From the NCBI GenBank assembly GCA_951406725.2, contig OX597823.1, positions 82,522,001 to 82,586,000 on the forward strand: DNA of 64,000 nt, written 5' to 3'. The notes beneath the pieces are model-generated. The model did no database searches. It had not been told where the DNA came from and saw nothing but the letters and a program-made list of their open reading frames with translations. Below are positions 1-13,166 of this stretch, in pieces (positions within the stretch are counted from its first letter, which is position 1; each line of letters opens with the position of its first letter). The DNA comes from Octopus vulgaris. Its lineage: Eukaryota. The position numbers and the translations under genes were made by a program.

Positions 1-1397
1 GAACTTCTGAACCACAGTGCCCTGTTTTTCTAAAATAACATCTTTGAAGAGAGGAAATGATTGAAACCTGAAATCGAAACCTTAAATGCAGGTTTGCTTT
101 ATTATAAGTAATATCATCAAATTAGATAAATCTGATAATTTTGAATATTTTTATAAAAATAAAATACAAATATTATAGGTGGTCAGTTCACTCGTTCTTG
201 TTTATTTCCATGTAAACTCTGAGCGCGATCTTTCATTAAATGAGTTAGTATGAAGACGACAAGAAGCTATACCGGATATTATTATCAGGAAAAGTGAATC
301 TGACCTTAGAAATTATACTACGAATACCATAGCAGACATGCTATAATATGTATATTAATATAAATGTTTTAAATTTATGCCGACGATATAATAAAACCAT
401 AAACAAGAACAAGGTCAGCAATAATAACAAAGAAATGATAAAATTATTTCCAAATAGAGGTACAAGGTCACATATTTTGGGAAGTAACTTTCATATAATT
501 TAATCGCCTACTCTGTCCGGTTCCTATTTTATATGCCCCGGTCTCTTCTAACATTCGGTCATGTGCAAGCATTAAACGTTAGACGCTTGAATGATATATC
601 ATTGGGTTCAAAGAATTTTAATGTATGGAGAGTTCCTCAGAGTGGTTTGGGACAAATTTTAGAATATTAAATAAGGCTTCTATCGTTTCCAGTCATTTCA
701 CTTCAGTTTTCAATGCTAATACAAATTCTTACATCCGTACGAAGTAAAAAGTGTATAGCTTTTACGAATGAGTTCGTTTTCCAAGCATTTCAATATGGCG
801 TTAAACAGCAATCAGAACTGGTTTACACGCTTTTTCCTGATATGCCGATTTTCCATTTCTTGAAGAACAATAATGAATATTTTCTATAGAACTATTTCGT
901 TTTGTCATTTTATTTTATGGGGCATGAAATACAGTAAATTAAAATTCTCCTAAAAAATTAAACCAGACTAGTTTAAACAATTCAGCATCGTAGGGTATCA
1001 ACACTGGTTAGCTAGTTTTGATGAGACGTGACGTAACAGGAACTTAAACAAGCAAGACAGCTCATCAAACTAGTAAGCAGTAGATTACATCCACTTTTCA
1101 GTAACGTTCAAGTTGGGTGAGTAAGATGCAAGTATTAACGATTGGAAAGACAGTGAAGGTAAGAATATTTCTAACAAAAGAAAGCATTGCAGTCGAACTC
1201 TTTCTTACATATGTGCAAAACCAGAAATTGAGGGAGGGAACACTCAACAGCAGCAGTAGTACATTATTTAATGGGCTCTAGAAAGATTAAAAGCAAGGTT
1301 AACCACTGCAGAATTTGAGTTCAGATGTGGCTGTAAATGTGCGAGGCACTTTTTCTAATGATCTACTGATTCTTCAAGTTAAATAATAATAATCCCT

Positions 1398-1590
1398 TCA
1401 GTTTTAGGCACAAAGCCAGAAACCTTGAGGAGAAGGGACTGCCCGACATCATTGAACCAATACTTGTCTGGTAGTTTATCTTATTGATCCTAGGAGGATC
1501 AAAGGCAAAGCTGATTTCAGCAGGATTTGAACTCAGGACTACGGAGCTGGAACAAATACTGCAAGATTCTACTACTCTACCAACCACACA
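1398..1590 (-). mobile_element. Degenerate tRNA-derived SINE, family A
   Basis: Diverged match to the family core (ggatcaaaggcaaagctgatttcagcaggatttgaactcagg). Confidence 0.6.
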
Positions 1591-2189
1591 GATCAAATTG
1601 CGGAAGGGGGGGTTATTAATTATAATGTTCATGCTTTACTCGAGAACATAAATTGTCATACGAAAAAGAAAGGGTTCCAAACTGAAAATTAAAACCAAAC
1701 CACGGAGTCAGTCTACAGAAAACTAAGGCCTATAATGTAATGACTACTTATTACGAATTGTTAATGATAATAAAGTATAGGGGTGATGATTATGAAGGTC
1801 ATATGAAAATGATGATGATGTTGATGATGATAATAATAATAAATAAATAACAATAATAATAATATAATAATAATAATAATAGCAGTAATATTGTAAGGTA
1901 GATCATCTTACATGTGTAACTGTATCTGCTTCCTGTGAGTAGAAAAATATATATATGCAATGAATAAACAGGCGGGGGTTTATGGATATAATAGTAAAAT
2001 GTAAGGGGTTTACCTGAAGTTAGGTAATCGAAGACAAAACGGCAAGAAAACCGATGATAGTAGAGATTGATGAGGAAGTTCTACAGGATGGTCACCTTTA
2101 TGTTACAGATGCCGCTTATTTTGCATTGTTTGAGAGACGAAATGAGGAAATGATTTCGAACTGGATGCTACTGGTTATGAATAAGTATT

Positions 2190-2660
2190 TATTTCTATAT
2201 TGCCCACAGGAGGCTAAACATAGAAGGGACAAATAAGGACAGATAAAGCGATTAAGTTGATTACATCGACCCCAGTGCCTAACTGGTACTTATTTAATCG
2301 ACCCCGAAGGGATGACGGGCAAAGTCGACCGCGGCGGAATTTGAACTCAAAACGTAACGGCAGCCGAAATACCACTAGGCATTCCGGACAGCGTGCTAAC
2401 GTTCTTATTTCTTTATTGCCCTCAAGGGGCTCAACACAGAGTAGACAAAAAAGGACAGACGGACGGATTAAGTATATTATATCTGTTTCTTTACTACCCA
2501 CAAGGGGCTAAACACAGAGCGGACAAACAAGGACAGACAAACGGATTAAGTCGATTATATTGACCCCAGTGTGTAACTGGTACTTAATTTATCGACCCCG
2601 AAATGATGAATGGCTAGGCATTCCGGCTGACGTGCTAACGATTCTGCCAGCTCGCCACCT
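2190..2660 (-). mobile_element. Family A SINE multimer (rearranged units) with 18-bp TSD
   Basis: Head aaggtggcgagctggcagaatcgttagc on minus, B-box-like gagttcaaattcc, repeated tail modules. Flanked by tggttatgaataagtatt at 2172-2189 and 2661-2678. Confidence 0.9.
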
Positions 2661-3613
2661 TGGTTATGAATAAGTATTATGATATAGTACTCATATTACG
2701 ACGAGGCTAATGTTTCTTGATTTGCTGCTGTACATCTATAGAGAATTTTTAACCTCTGTTTTGATCATATCCAAAGATGCAAATGTACTGCGGAAATTAA
2801 GATGAAAGGGTAAGATATCTATTACTTCCCCAATAAACATAACCGAGTAACACAGAAGGAAATCGTATCAAAGTGTAATGACAATCAGGTTAAAAACTGA
2901 CATGTCTTGTAGATACTATACTACTCACTTGTTTTCTCACTCTACGAAGAACTCGTGTAAATGTTAATTGTATCTCTTATTTAAAAAGTAAAAGTCTGTG
3001 CACATATACCATTCTTTTTGAATCATTAGATTACATCACTGGAGTGAGTTCGGTTCCAGAGGGAATCGAAATCTGCTTCTAGACATCACTGGTCAAACAA
3101 AACTGGTCAAATCAAAGTGATTTTAGTTCTAACCACCTCACCTCGTCCTTCTTTGTCTAATAAAGTAGACTGCGATATGAAGTAGCTGTGTTAGTATTTC
3201 TTGGAAAATGACGACTACATACAGCCCCCCACTCTTTAGTTTACCCAAACATAGTTTCTCACAGTGAGTGGGAATATTGATTTCTTTTTGATATACAAAG
3301 GGTTTCTTGAGGGAATTTATTTCACTGTATGTCTGGTGCCTGTTGCGTAGGACTAGAAGAATGACTCTAGGAAGTGGTGGGATTTGAATTTCGAGAAATA
3401 TAGACCAACTGTTAACTATTTAATATAGTAACAATAAATCGTTTTAAACGGTGGAACTCGAAGTAAATGAAGTTACAAATAATAACTTGCAAATAATGGG
3501 TTGGAAAGCCGCTTGAATGGAAAACCCCGAAGACTTCAATAAAATATTTACATGATATTATTTTTAGTTTTATCTGTTTCGAGCGTGATTTGTACTTTAC
3601 ACACACACACACA

Positions 3614-3644
<31 letters not shown>

Positions 3645-3913
3645 GTTCAGACATATAACCTGGCACAAAGTCAGCTACGTTAGCCAGTATATATTTGATA
3701 CTGAATCGGCTCAGTTATATCCACGTTGTTTCATTATTGATTCTAGACGAATTCAGAGAAAGTTCCATCTTGGCAGGAAACTAAACACCACAATACATAA
3801 AGGGAGGCGCTCTATCGCCTCACTAATCTGTACCATTCTCTTGCTATCAACATATATATATATTTTCAAAACGCAGATTTGAAAAATCTCAACAAAGAAG
3901 AAGCGAATAAAAA

Positions 3914-4018
3914 CAGTCCCACTGCGTGGCACCTTGGGCAAGTGTCTTCTGCTATAGCCCCGGGTCGACCAATGCCTGGTGAGTGGATTTAGTAGACGGA
4001 AACTGAAAGAAGCCTGTC

Positions 4019-4076
<58 letters not shown>

Positions 4077-4271
4077 ATGTCTGTGTTTGTCCCCCTAGCA
4101 TTGCTTGACAACCGATGCTGTTGTGTTTACGTTCCCGTCACTTAGCGGTTCGGCAAAAGACACTGATAGAATAAGTACTGGGCTTACAAAGAATAAGTCC
4201 CGGGGTCGATTTGCTCGACTAAAGGTGGTGCTCCATCATGGCCGCAGTCAAATGACTGAAACAAGTAAAAG

Positions 4272-4272
<1 letters not shown>
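3914..4272 (+). mobile_element. CORE-type tRNA SINE, family B (5'-truncated, internal (TA)n/(TG)n)
   Basis: CORE-like caccttgggcaagtgtcttct and 3' end atggccgcagtcaaatgactgaaacaagtaaaag, shared with more than 10 copies in the window. Confidence 0.88.
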
Positions 4273-4325
<53 letters not shown>

Positions 4326-4347
4326 CTTTGTATCCTCTAACTATTAT

Positions 4348-4520
4348 CTGTTTCACTCAATGGACAGCGACCATGCTAGTACTGCGTCATGTTGGGTTTG
4401 GTCGAACAAATTAACACCAGGACCTATTTCTTCAAAAGTTTGTTACATATTCTATCGGACCCTTTTAGTGAAACGTTAACTTAGGGGACATAAACAAGCT
4501 AACACCGCTTGTCATGCAAT
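4348..4520 (-). mobile_element. Family B SINE 3' half, inverted relative to the adjacent copy
   Basis: Diverged reverse complement of the family B 3' region. Confidence 0.65.
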
Positions 4521-5868
4521 TACACACACACACATATATATATATTGTAATTTTTCTCTAGTTGCTCTGCATTTAAGAACTAGTTATACTATTAAGTATA
4601 GTAGTTATTTTACTATCCTGGAAGCAGACTGGACTATGATAATCTACGTGGAGCAGTAAACGTAACGGTAATATTCGTACATCTATTTCAGATACATACA
4701 TATATATGTACTCACAAGCCATTGGTCGTCGGCTCGGGGCTACAGGAGAAATATATGCTCAAGGGGCTGTACATTGGGATAGCCCAAAACCAAATTGTTG
4801 CAAAGCGACACAAGCATGCCTCGGGGTTGCGAAGTAAAAACTGATCGACCATGTAGTTTTTACAAAAGAGGAGTGTATAATTTTTTGTAAGCACTGCATG
4901 GCCGAATGTTTAAACAGTTCATTTCCCACCCACCGGGTTACCTCATACCTTGTTAGCGAAATTGTCTATGCGTAACCTGTATGGAAGGTCGGTGTGCTGA
5001 AGGCTTTTTCACACACTGTGTTACATTGATTCTTGCTGGGAATTACGTTAATAGTACACAAGAGTGTCTAGTATTGAAGTATATACACTTTAATTCCGGA
5101 GCAGATAATTCAGTTAATAAAAACAACTGAATCGTGATCGTTGAGCAGTAATGGAGATAGATCAACAACCATTATTAACGTTAATAATTAGTCTTAAGGA
5201 AAATATCCGTAATCATCTTCCAATTACAACATTTCATATAACATTTCATTCGAATTTATTATGGCGTACTGGTCGTTTTAAATGTTAGATAGATGTAGTT
5301 AGATCCAGATCAAACAAACACTCACACATCCAGATAAATATATATATATTTATGGTGTGCGTGTAGTTCTACGAATATTGGAATAAATTTATGTTGTAAT
5401 GTTTCGAAAGCATGTCCTTTTATCGCTCGCTTGCAAAGAGGCTTGGTTACACTATATAAATTTTCTTTTTCTCTCTTACGCCCTCTCCCTGTCTTTCTTT
5501 AGAAATGTGGAAGAAGGTAATGATGTAGAACCAGCGGCCCTAACGTCACACATGTTACTCACTTTTAATTATTGGGTATTTTACACACAGACACACACAC
5601 ACACGTGTGTGTGTGTATGTATGTATGTGTGAATCCATGCTTCTGCATCACCTGTTATTCCCTATACCACTAGTACAACCAGACGAGCAGTAAAACCATG
5701 GAATTTAAGATCTTCGGACTTTAAACGCACCGAAACTAAGCTTGTTGCTTGGACTCTGTGGCTGATGAGAGGATTTCCATGTTTATTTATTGTTTGTCCG
5801 TTTTCGTTAATCTCTTCCATGTTCCATTCATTTTGATTTTTCACTATATATGCCTATGTGTGTGTGTG

Positions 5869-5912
<44 letters not shown>

Positions 5913-8206
5913 TTGCGATACTGGTCCAGCAACAAATCAGTACGTTACTTATATAATATTTGGCTTCATGAATCGTCAGTTCTCTATCTTTTTGTCTATC
6001 TGCCTCTACGAGGTTACTATGAGGTCACGTAGTTAAAGCAAGAATCTACATAATGTACCTTTAATTACCTATAATTTATGATATAGAAGAAAAGATGTCA
6101 TTCTTGAACACTGGTGCTGCATTGTGTGGATATGACACGTAACCTACGCTGATTAAATTTTATGAGTTGTGAATAGGTAATATGAATTTACCTCTTTAAT
6201 GCACGCGAGGTGAAGCCTTGACTTTTAACATTCATAAACGTTGAATGGAGATGATCTCCATATGTCTCGCTTACCTTAGATTCTCAAATTTAAGTTTAAT
6301 TTTTCAGTGGCAGTCCTGATGACTCAGTAAATTTTGGTGGCCGTCAAGCTGTTAAATCTACAGACACGAATCGCAAATAATGTGATTAATTTTACAAATA
6401 TAGTAGCCACCAACTTCTAACGAGTTCCTGGTACGTGTCATTTAGATAACATTACGAATGAAGTAATATTCATAATATCTGTCTTCCTTATTAATTACTT
6501 CGAAAATGAAATTATGATTCAAATTAACTTAGATTTTAATGAACTAGAACAAGTCTAACTATGGATACTGTGAAACTTTGAAGAAAGACTTTAACGCCAC
6601 CTCTTTTCTAAAGGAATCTTATTTTAGTGCTCTTTGTATCTTTTTGCTTCTGTCAGCGTCAAAGAGCCATTATTCTGTAAAGTTTAACTTCTATTATATA
6701 TACTGATAAAGCCATATGATTTACTTTCAGTACATTAAGACAGGAGTATCCCTTAACCATGCCCACTTTTAAGTTATCCTTGATTTATACTCAGTTAATT
6801 TGAATGCAATGCAAGCTTATAATTTATCATATAATTTAGAGAGTTTTCGTTCATTTTCCTAGATTTCCTTACAACAGGATTATTCGAACTAGTTATCAAG
6901 ACAGATTAAGATTACTGTTATAAATGTTTATAAAAAAATCTGGTTTACTTTCGTCACTAAGCTAATCCAACAAGTAATACATAATGTTTCTGATATGATT
7001 GGAAATATTAATTCCTTTAAGCTATGCACAAGTCGCTTTTGTATAAGTACAGTTGACTAAATCAATTCCAGCAATAAGAATCCGGTATATTTGTATATCC
7101 ACGGCTACGTTATTCAACACGTCATTTCCTTATTTATAGGGTAGATTTGAAGGGGAATTTTGCTGCTATTTTTACCAGGCTGGTTGACGACATAGAATGT
7201 TCATAACAACTTATGCAGAAGAAGATGGATTTCGAAGTTAAAAGTTTGCAATATTTACTGTCGACTATATTACCACCCTTTTAAAATGCGCGTAAAATGT
7301 CTTACAACTCATTCGAGACATTCAGTCGCCATATTTTGTATCAAAAATTAGTTCTACTGGCGAAGCCTTTCGTTTTTTAAACCTCAAAATAAAATTCAAA
7401 ATTGCTACCTAATGAAACGCATGTTAATTAAACAGTGTACCGACTGCTTCTAAGGTACTCGTTGATCCCAGATGATCGTGATCTTCGCCTGCAACAAAAC
7501 ACAGACATGGATAAAAGTTTTCGAAAAGACTAGTATTTGCCTAAGCGTTTAAGTCTTCCCTACCGACAGAAACATGTTTTGCAAAAAACAATCCGGTAAA
7601 ATCGATACCAGTCTCATTGCTGGTATTTGCTTTAATACAAACAGCAAAGTATCTACTCTTATGACCATATAATTCCCCCAAAACGACCGCCATGCATCAA
7701 TATGTTTTGTTCGATCAAGAAAAGGTCGGGAACAAAATCTGATACCTGTAGGATTGATGCGGAGGAAGAAAAAACACTTCGCAATATTCTATTCGAAACC
7801 GTACCGATTCTTCTAACTATCACGCATTATGTAAGACTCCAATATATACATATATAGGTTTAAATGCACGAAGAGTAATTAATTATTCTTTTAGGAAATC
7901 CGACTTCCTTTCGACAAGATTTGCTGCGAAGTCAAAAAAAATGTGCGACGAAACACATAATGGAAACATTTGAAAGGGGTTTCCTAACTGAAGCTATTCT
8001 CTAGGTCTGCTGCCAGCTGCTATTAGACATGCGTAGAAACGATACAGTTGGGTACAATTCTCAGTGAACATGCCAATACAGAGAGCAATTTCTTTTGAAG
8101 AAAATTCAATTTCCACGAACATACTTGCTTTTGTTAACGAAAATCGGAATAAATGTAAAAGAAAAAGACTTCTTTGTTACCTTTTTATCTCAAGTAATCT
8201 CAGTGA

Positions 8207-8576
<370 letters not shown>

Positions 8577-10734
8577 TCAAAAAATCGAACGAGAGAAGGG
8601 CGACAGACAGACAGACAGTCAAACAAACAATCATTCAGAAATGCACGTACAGTTATTTTAACTACTAGATTGTTAAAAGTACATTTCCTATTCACGAATG
8701 TTTTTCTGATTTTCCTCTTTTGTGTGTGTGTGTAACATGAAATCAATTCTACAGCTAAATACCTTTACAACAAGCAGTACTATACACTCAATCTTTAGTA
8801 GCTTTAGAAGAAACTATAGTAATAGATAATGACTCTGGATTTAAGTAGTTTTCAATTCAGAATATACAAACAGTGTCGTGGGTTGATTATTGTTATTGTT
8901 GAGGAAACAGGAATGTTTCTCGTTTTTATTTGAAATAATTCAATGAAAATTGTTGAAGAATCAGTTTGAAAATTTCCTTTCGTAGCGGAACTAAGCCTAT
9001 CAATCTATAAGAAGTGTAAATAAATAATTGATTTAAATTCTAAAATAAATAAAAGGGAAAGGTGTAATTTACTATGTTATATCAATTACTTATTTCAAAT
9101 ATATAGATATGTATTTCATAATTTTTCTTTCGCAAGAATTCTACAATGAATGAGTAAGGGAAGCGCAAGTTACAAAATTTGATTTTCTAACTGAAAATGG
9201 TTAAATTGATTTATGTCACTAATGCTTTTGAAAAGAATAAAGAGAGAAACTTCTGGGACACGTTGTTATCTTTCTATCTTTTTTAGGTTAATCTTGTTTT
9301 TATATCAGGAAACAACAGTTAATTTTGTTTCCAGATTCTTTCAGACAATAACAAGTGAAATTTCCATGGGTTCAAGCACTAGCTATGCTGACATTTTGAT
9401 GGAAACTATTTCAGTTTATTCATGTTACAAAGTATTATGTTTGTTTTTTTTTAAACGTATAAACGTCACGCGTCCAATTTTCCTTTTCCTGTAAGACATT
9501 TTTCGAATCTAATGAGATTCGCAAAATGTTTTTTTCTGGAGCTTATCATCAGCGTAGGCGACTCCATTAGACTTCTGGCTGTTTATGCCTCGACTGAGGA
9601 AGAGCAGCCAACATACTTGACAATGTTTCGCTCGTTAATGTGTATTAACGAATGTAATGACATCTTTGATGCATGCTGACAATTTTGAGAAAGCAGCTTC
9701 TGGAGATGGGGATCTAATAACCCCATAAATTTTTTCAAGCTGTTCAAACTAGAAAGTAACGAAAGCATTTTTCAAATGTGTTAATAGGGACTTACACAAT
9801 TTGCAATAGGGGATCCTGATTAAGTAGACACATTAATTATTATAGAAGGGGGTGAAAGATAAAGTAGCATTCCATAGTTTCGGTCATTCGGCTGTTTATA
9901 CAAGTTTAAATTGAGAGCCTCAAGTAAAACAGAACGCATGGCACGTAGAAAGCGAAACAGTATAAAAGATGTAGCTGCTAAATCTATCTATCAAAACAAT
10001 GTGTAGAATAGCTACATATATATCATACCTTACGTGTAAACATCGTTTACAATCAAGATACTACAATTAAAATCACAGCATAAAACGCAAAGTGATAAAG
10101 CCCTGGAAGGGTAAAATGAATCTAGAATTCTTGCTAGTCGCTGCAGAACAATATTTCGGCTCCCTCCGATAATGGCTGTGCTTTTAACACACCGAGTCTA
10201 TAAGAGATTTTAAATCGGGCGATAAAATCCGTATCTTACCTGCCACGGTACATATCCGTTGAGTATAGTACATATAGTAGAATTGTCTATTCTAATTAAT
10301 ACTGCTTCCATTGCGTGGACGAGTTACTGTGCTCTAAGTTAAAATTAATTTTGTTTATAAAACAAATTGAATATCAGCATCTAATTCTTTTCAAATACTC
10401 ACATCAGTGCTAGATATCCTATAAAATTCTCCCAAGAACTGACATGTTATAAGTACGAAAATATTTATATATAATCTTTGTATATTGGGGCTTTTGAGCG
10501 GGATTGGCTCCTCCACTTGAGAAATTTCTTACTGGCCCCCAACTGCAAGTTAATGCGCTGTTTATCTTGATATGTAGTGACCATGTCACACATATATGGC
10601 TATGATGTACGCTTACCAAATCTGTACTCATGATGGGTATATTAAGCTTCGTATATTTGTACCCCAGAGTCATTTTGATGGTATGCGCTGCTCCCTCACT
10701 CAATAATAGTTACAATTATTATAATAATGGTTTT

Positions 10735-10932
10735 TAAAATTTTGGCACAGGTTCAGCAAGTGCGAGGAAGAGTGAAATCGATTGCATCAGCACTCTTACT
10801 TGGATGGTATTTATATATTCGACTCGTGATGGAAAAGCAAAGTGGAACTCGGCAGAATTTGAATTAAGAAAGTAAAAAACGGACGCAAAGAATTTTCCCC
10901 CTGTGTGCTAACGGTTCTGCCAACTCGTTGCT

Positions 10933-10974
<42 letters not shown>

Positions 10975-10990
10975 ATAGTAGTAGTAGTAA
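10735..10990 (-). mobile_element. Degenerate family A SINE followed by a (TAG)n tract
   Basis: ttttggcacagg...aaagcaaagtggaactcggcagaatttgaa...tgctaacggttctgccaactcg, then (TAG)n at ~10934-10989. Confidence 0.7.
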
Positions 10991-11643
10991 CCACATTGTT
11001 GTCGGCTACGATGATGGTGTTACCATGATTCTGATGATCATGATTTTAATGAATGTGTTCAGTTTGCCAATTATTAATGCCTAAATAATGCAATATTTCC
11101 TTGGTACATCATTATATCAGGTCTAGAAAAAAAAAGCATTACGAGATAGTTAATAAATATAATTTCAATTTCGTAGTCTGCCGTTGTCTGACATTTTATT
11201 AGTATCAATCGTCAGTGCATTTCATATTTGTAAATAATGATACTGTATGCCATCATTTTACCCACTGCGATTATTTAGCGATCAAGTGATAAATGGCATT
11301 TTAGAGATCATTTTTCCTCATTTTCTTAGAAATTCCCCCACCAAAGTTTGAAAAATAAAATGAGAACTAAAATACAAAACGAAAAGGAAAATAAATCGTT
11401 GTATGACAATATTTTAGACATAATGATTGTGTTTTACAACAGTGTGATAGTGTGATAGGGTAGCATAGCATTTCCATAGACGTTAGTAATAAAATATTTC
11501 GTTACAGCATTTCAGGAAGGATACAAATGGAAATGTGGTTTCCAAGCATACTACAGTAAGGAAGGTTTTACAAGGAGATAAAGGTAGAATAAATAGTGAG
11601 TTATCATAACACTGCATTCATAAAATATTATACTTTAACTCAC

Positions 11644-11830
11644 CATTCGGAGTTTCTCCATTTCGTCGTTCATCCTAGTAAGGATACTTGATTGCCTCAT
11701 CTTCTCCTTTTCGAGAGATTCGATAGATCTACGCAACATACTGATCTCGCCCTCTAAATCAGCAAGTTGTTGGTTCTGCCTAGCAATCTGTTCTTGGTCA
11801 CTTTGGTGGAATGAACGCAATTCTTCCAGT
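11644..11830 (-). CDS. NF60: Coding exon 2 of the same intermediate filament gene (coil 1B)
   Basis: Acceptor ttcttatattttattccAG|A. The first base completes exon-1 GA to GAA (Glu), giving ...QQKE-LEELRSFHQSDQEQIARQNQQLADLEGEISMLRRSIESLEKEKMRQSSILTRMNDEMEKLRM. Donor ATG|GTGAGT (phase 0). 187 nt, coiled-coil composition. Confidence 0.93.
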
Positions 11831-12045
11831 CTGGAATAAAATATAAGAATAATCAGCAAGTTGTTCTATAATACATATATTTACATGTATATTTAAGTTT
11901 GATTTCATACAATGTTTTATGAATAAAACTCGTTTCATCAAAGTCGTCTACATTCTTAGAAGCATCTACCTTGATAAGTTTGAAGTCCAGTGTAAGCCAC
12001 ATGCAAAATTATACACATGATGATTGGAGAACATTTAGGTTTGTA

Positions 12046-12566
12046 TACCGTTAATCTTCGAGTATAGTCCGCCCTTGAGTATAATATGCAGGGAAGTTTT
12101 AGGTGGCTGTACCTCTGAAAAACCTACACCTTTTGTATAACACGCACCCCTTCTCTAACTTGAGTCGTGCGTAATTAAGCCAGCAGCACCTAGTCGAACA
12201 AATACTTCCGCGGATGCTTAATACAATAATGGTGATGTTCTTAACTGTTATATGGGAATGTAAATATGTTTGCAAATTGTTTATGTTACATGTTATTCTG
12301 TGTTCTGAATACTTTTATTTTAATAAATGTTGCTTATTGCAATTTATTAATGATTCTTTTATGACTTCATTGCTTTCAGGCTTAGCTTAAGGTATTTTTG
12401 CACCCGACATCACAAAATGCGTCTGAATAAACATTGCCGGACAACAAATAGAGACTCGGACATTGCTTAGAAAATATTTTTCATTTTAAACCTCGTATAT
12501 AGTACGCACTAGGGGTTTTGACCTTTAAATTTTGGGGGAAAATGCGGATTATACTCGAGGATTTAC
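12046..12566. mobile_element. Non-autonomous DNA transposon (MITE), probably Tc1/mariner-pogo type
   Basis: Terminal inverted repeats gttaatcttcgagtatagtccgc (12050-12072) and gcggattatactcgaggatttac (12544-12566) match 20/23. Left end reads TA|CCG. Sub-terminal gtata..cgca repeats, no ORF. Confidence 0.75.
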
Positions 12567-13107
12567 AACTCTTACTCATGTGTACAGATGTGTGTGTACA
12601 TGTAAGCTATAAGATATATTTATCATGTAATTAATATTGATCATTTATATTTGCAAATTATGCTAATGTATATGATCAACTTATGCAAATTTATATAAAG
12701 AGGAAAGAAGGAAAAAATGTGTTGCACAGAGCATTCGATGCATTTTAATAATTCGTAATCAACAGTTTACTATTTTCATGATTGATATAATGAATAAGTG
12801 ACGTATTAATCTCGGAGAGAAATATTTAAAATCTTTAACGATTACGCACTAGTTTTAACCCCAGCGACTTGAATTAATAAAATAATCTTGATACTAATTG
12901 GCTGGCTTCCCTCACCCCGTCTACGCTCATTACTTAGTTTTTTCACTGTATTAAGTAGAGCTCAGTCTATGACTAGTATTCGGATCACGTCTCAAGTTAG
13001 TTATCCAGTTTCCCGTATGATTCGTAGTTTCTCTTTTCTTTTCCTTTCTTCCTAATTATTCTTGAAGTCACTGCCCATGTTATAAGTGCTCCTTTGACTA
13101 AGCCACA

Positions 13108-13108
13108 A

Positions 13109-13163
<55 letters not shown>
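13108..13163. repeat. (AAT)n microsatellite
   Basis: Directly visible. Confidence 0.95.

Positions 13164-13166
<3 letters not shown>

Noticed and set aside
2214-2511. Recurrent ORFs with RNWYLFNRPRKDERQSRPRRNLNSER-like peptides (also 21937, 22919, 27111)
   Set aside because: Translations of the family A SINE core, not a gene family.
6317-6350. Isolated CTGATGA strings (also near 9550, 11032, 35314, 37970, 58823)
   Set aside because: No stem II followed by GAAA and a GUH site. Expected by chance.
11831-11859. N-terminal MLIILIFYSR of ORF 11635..11859
   Set aside because: This is the intronic polypyrimidine tract. The real exon starts at 11830.
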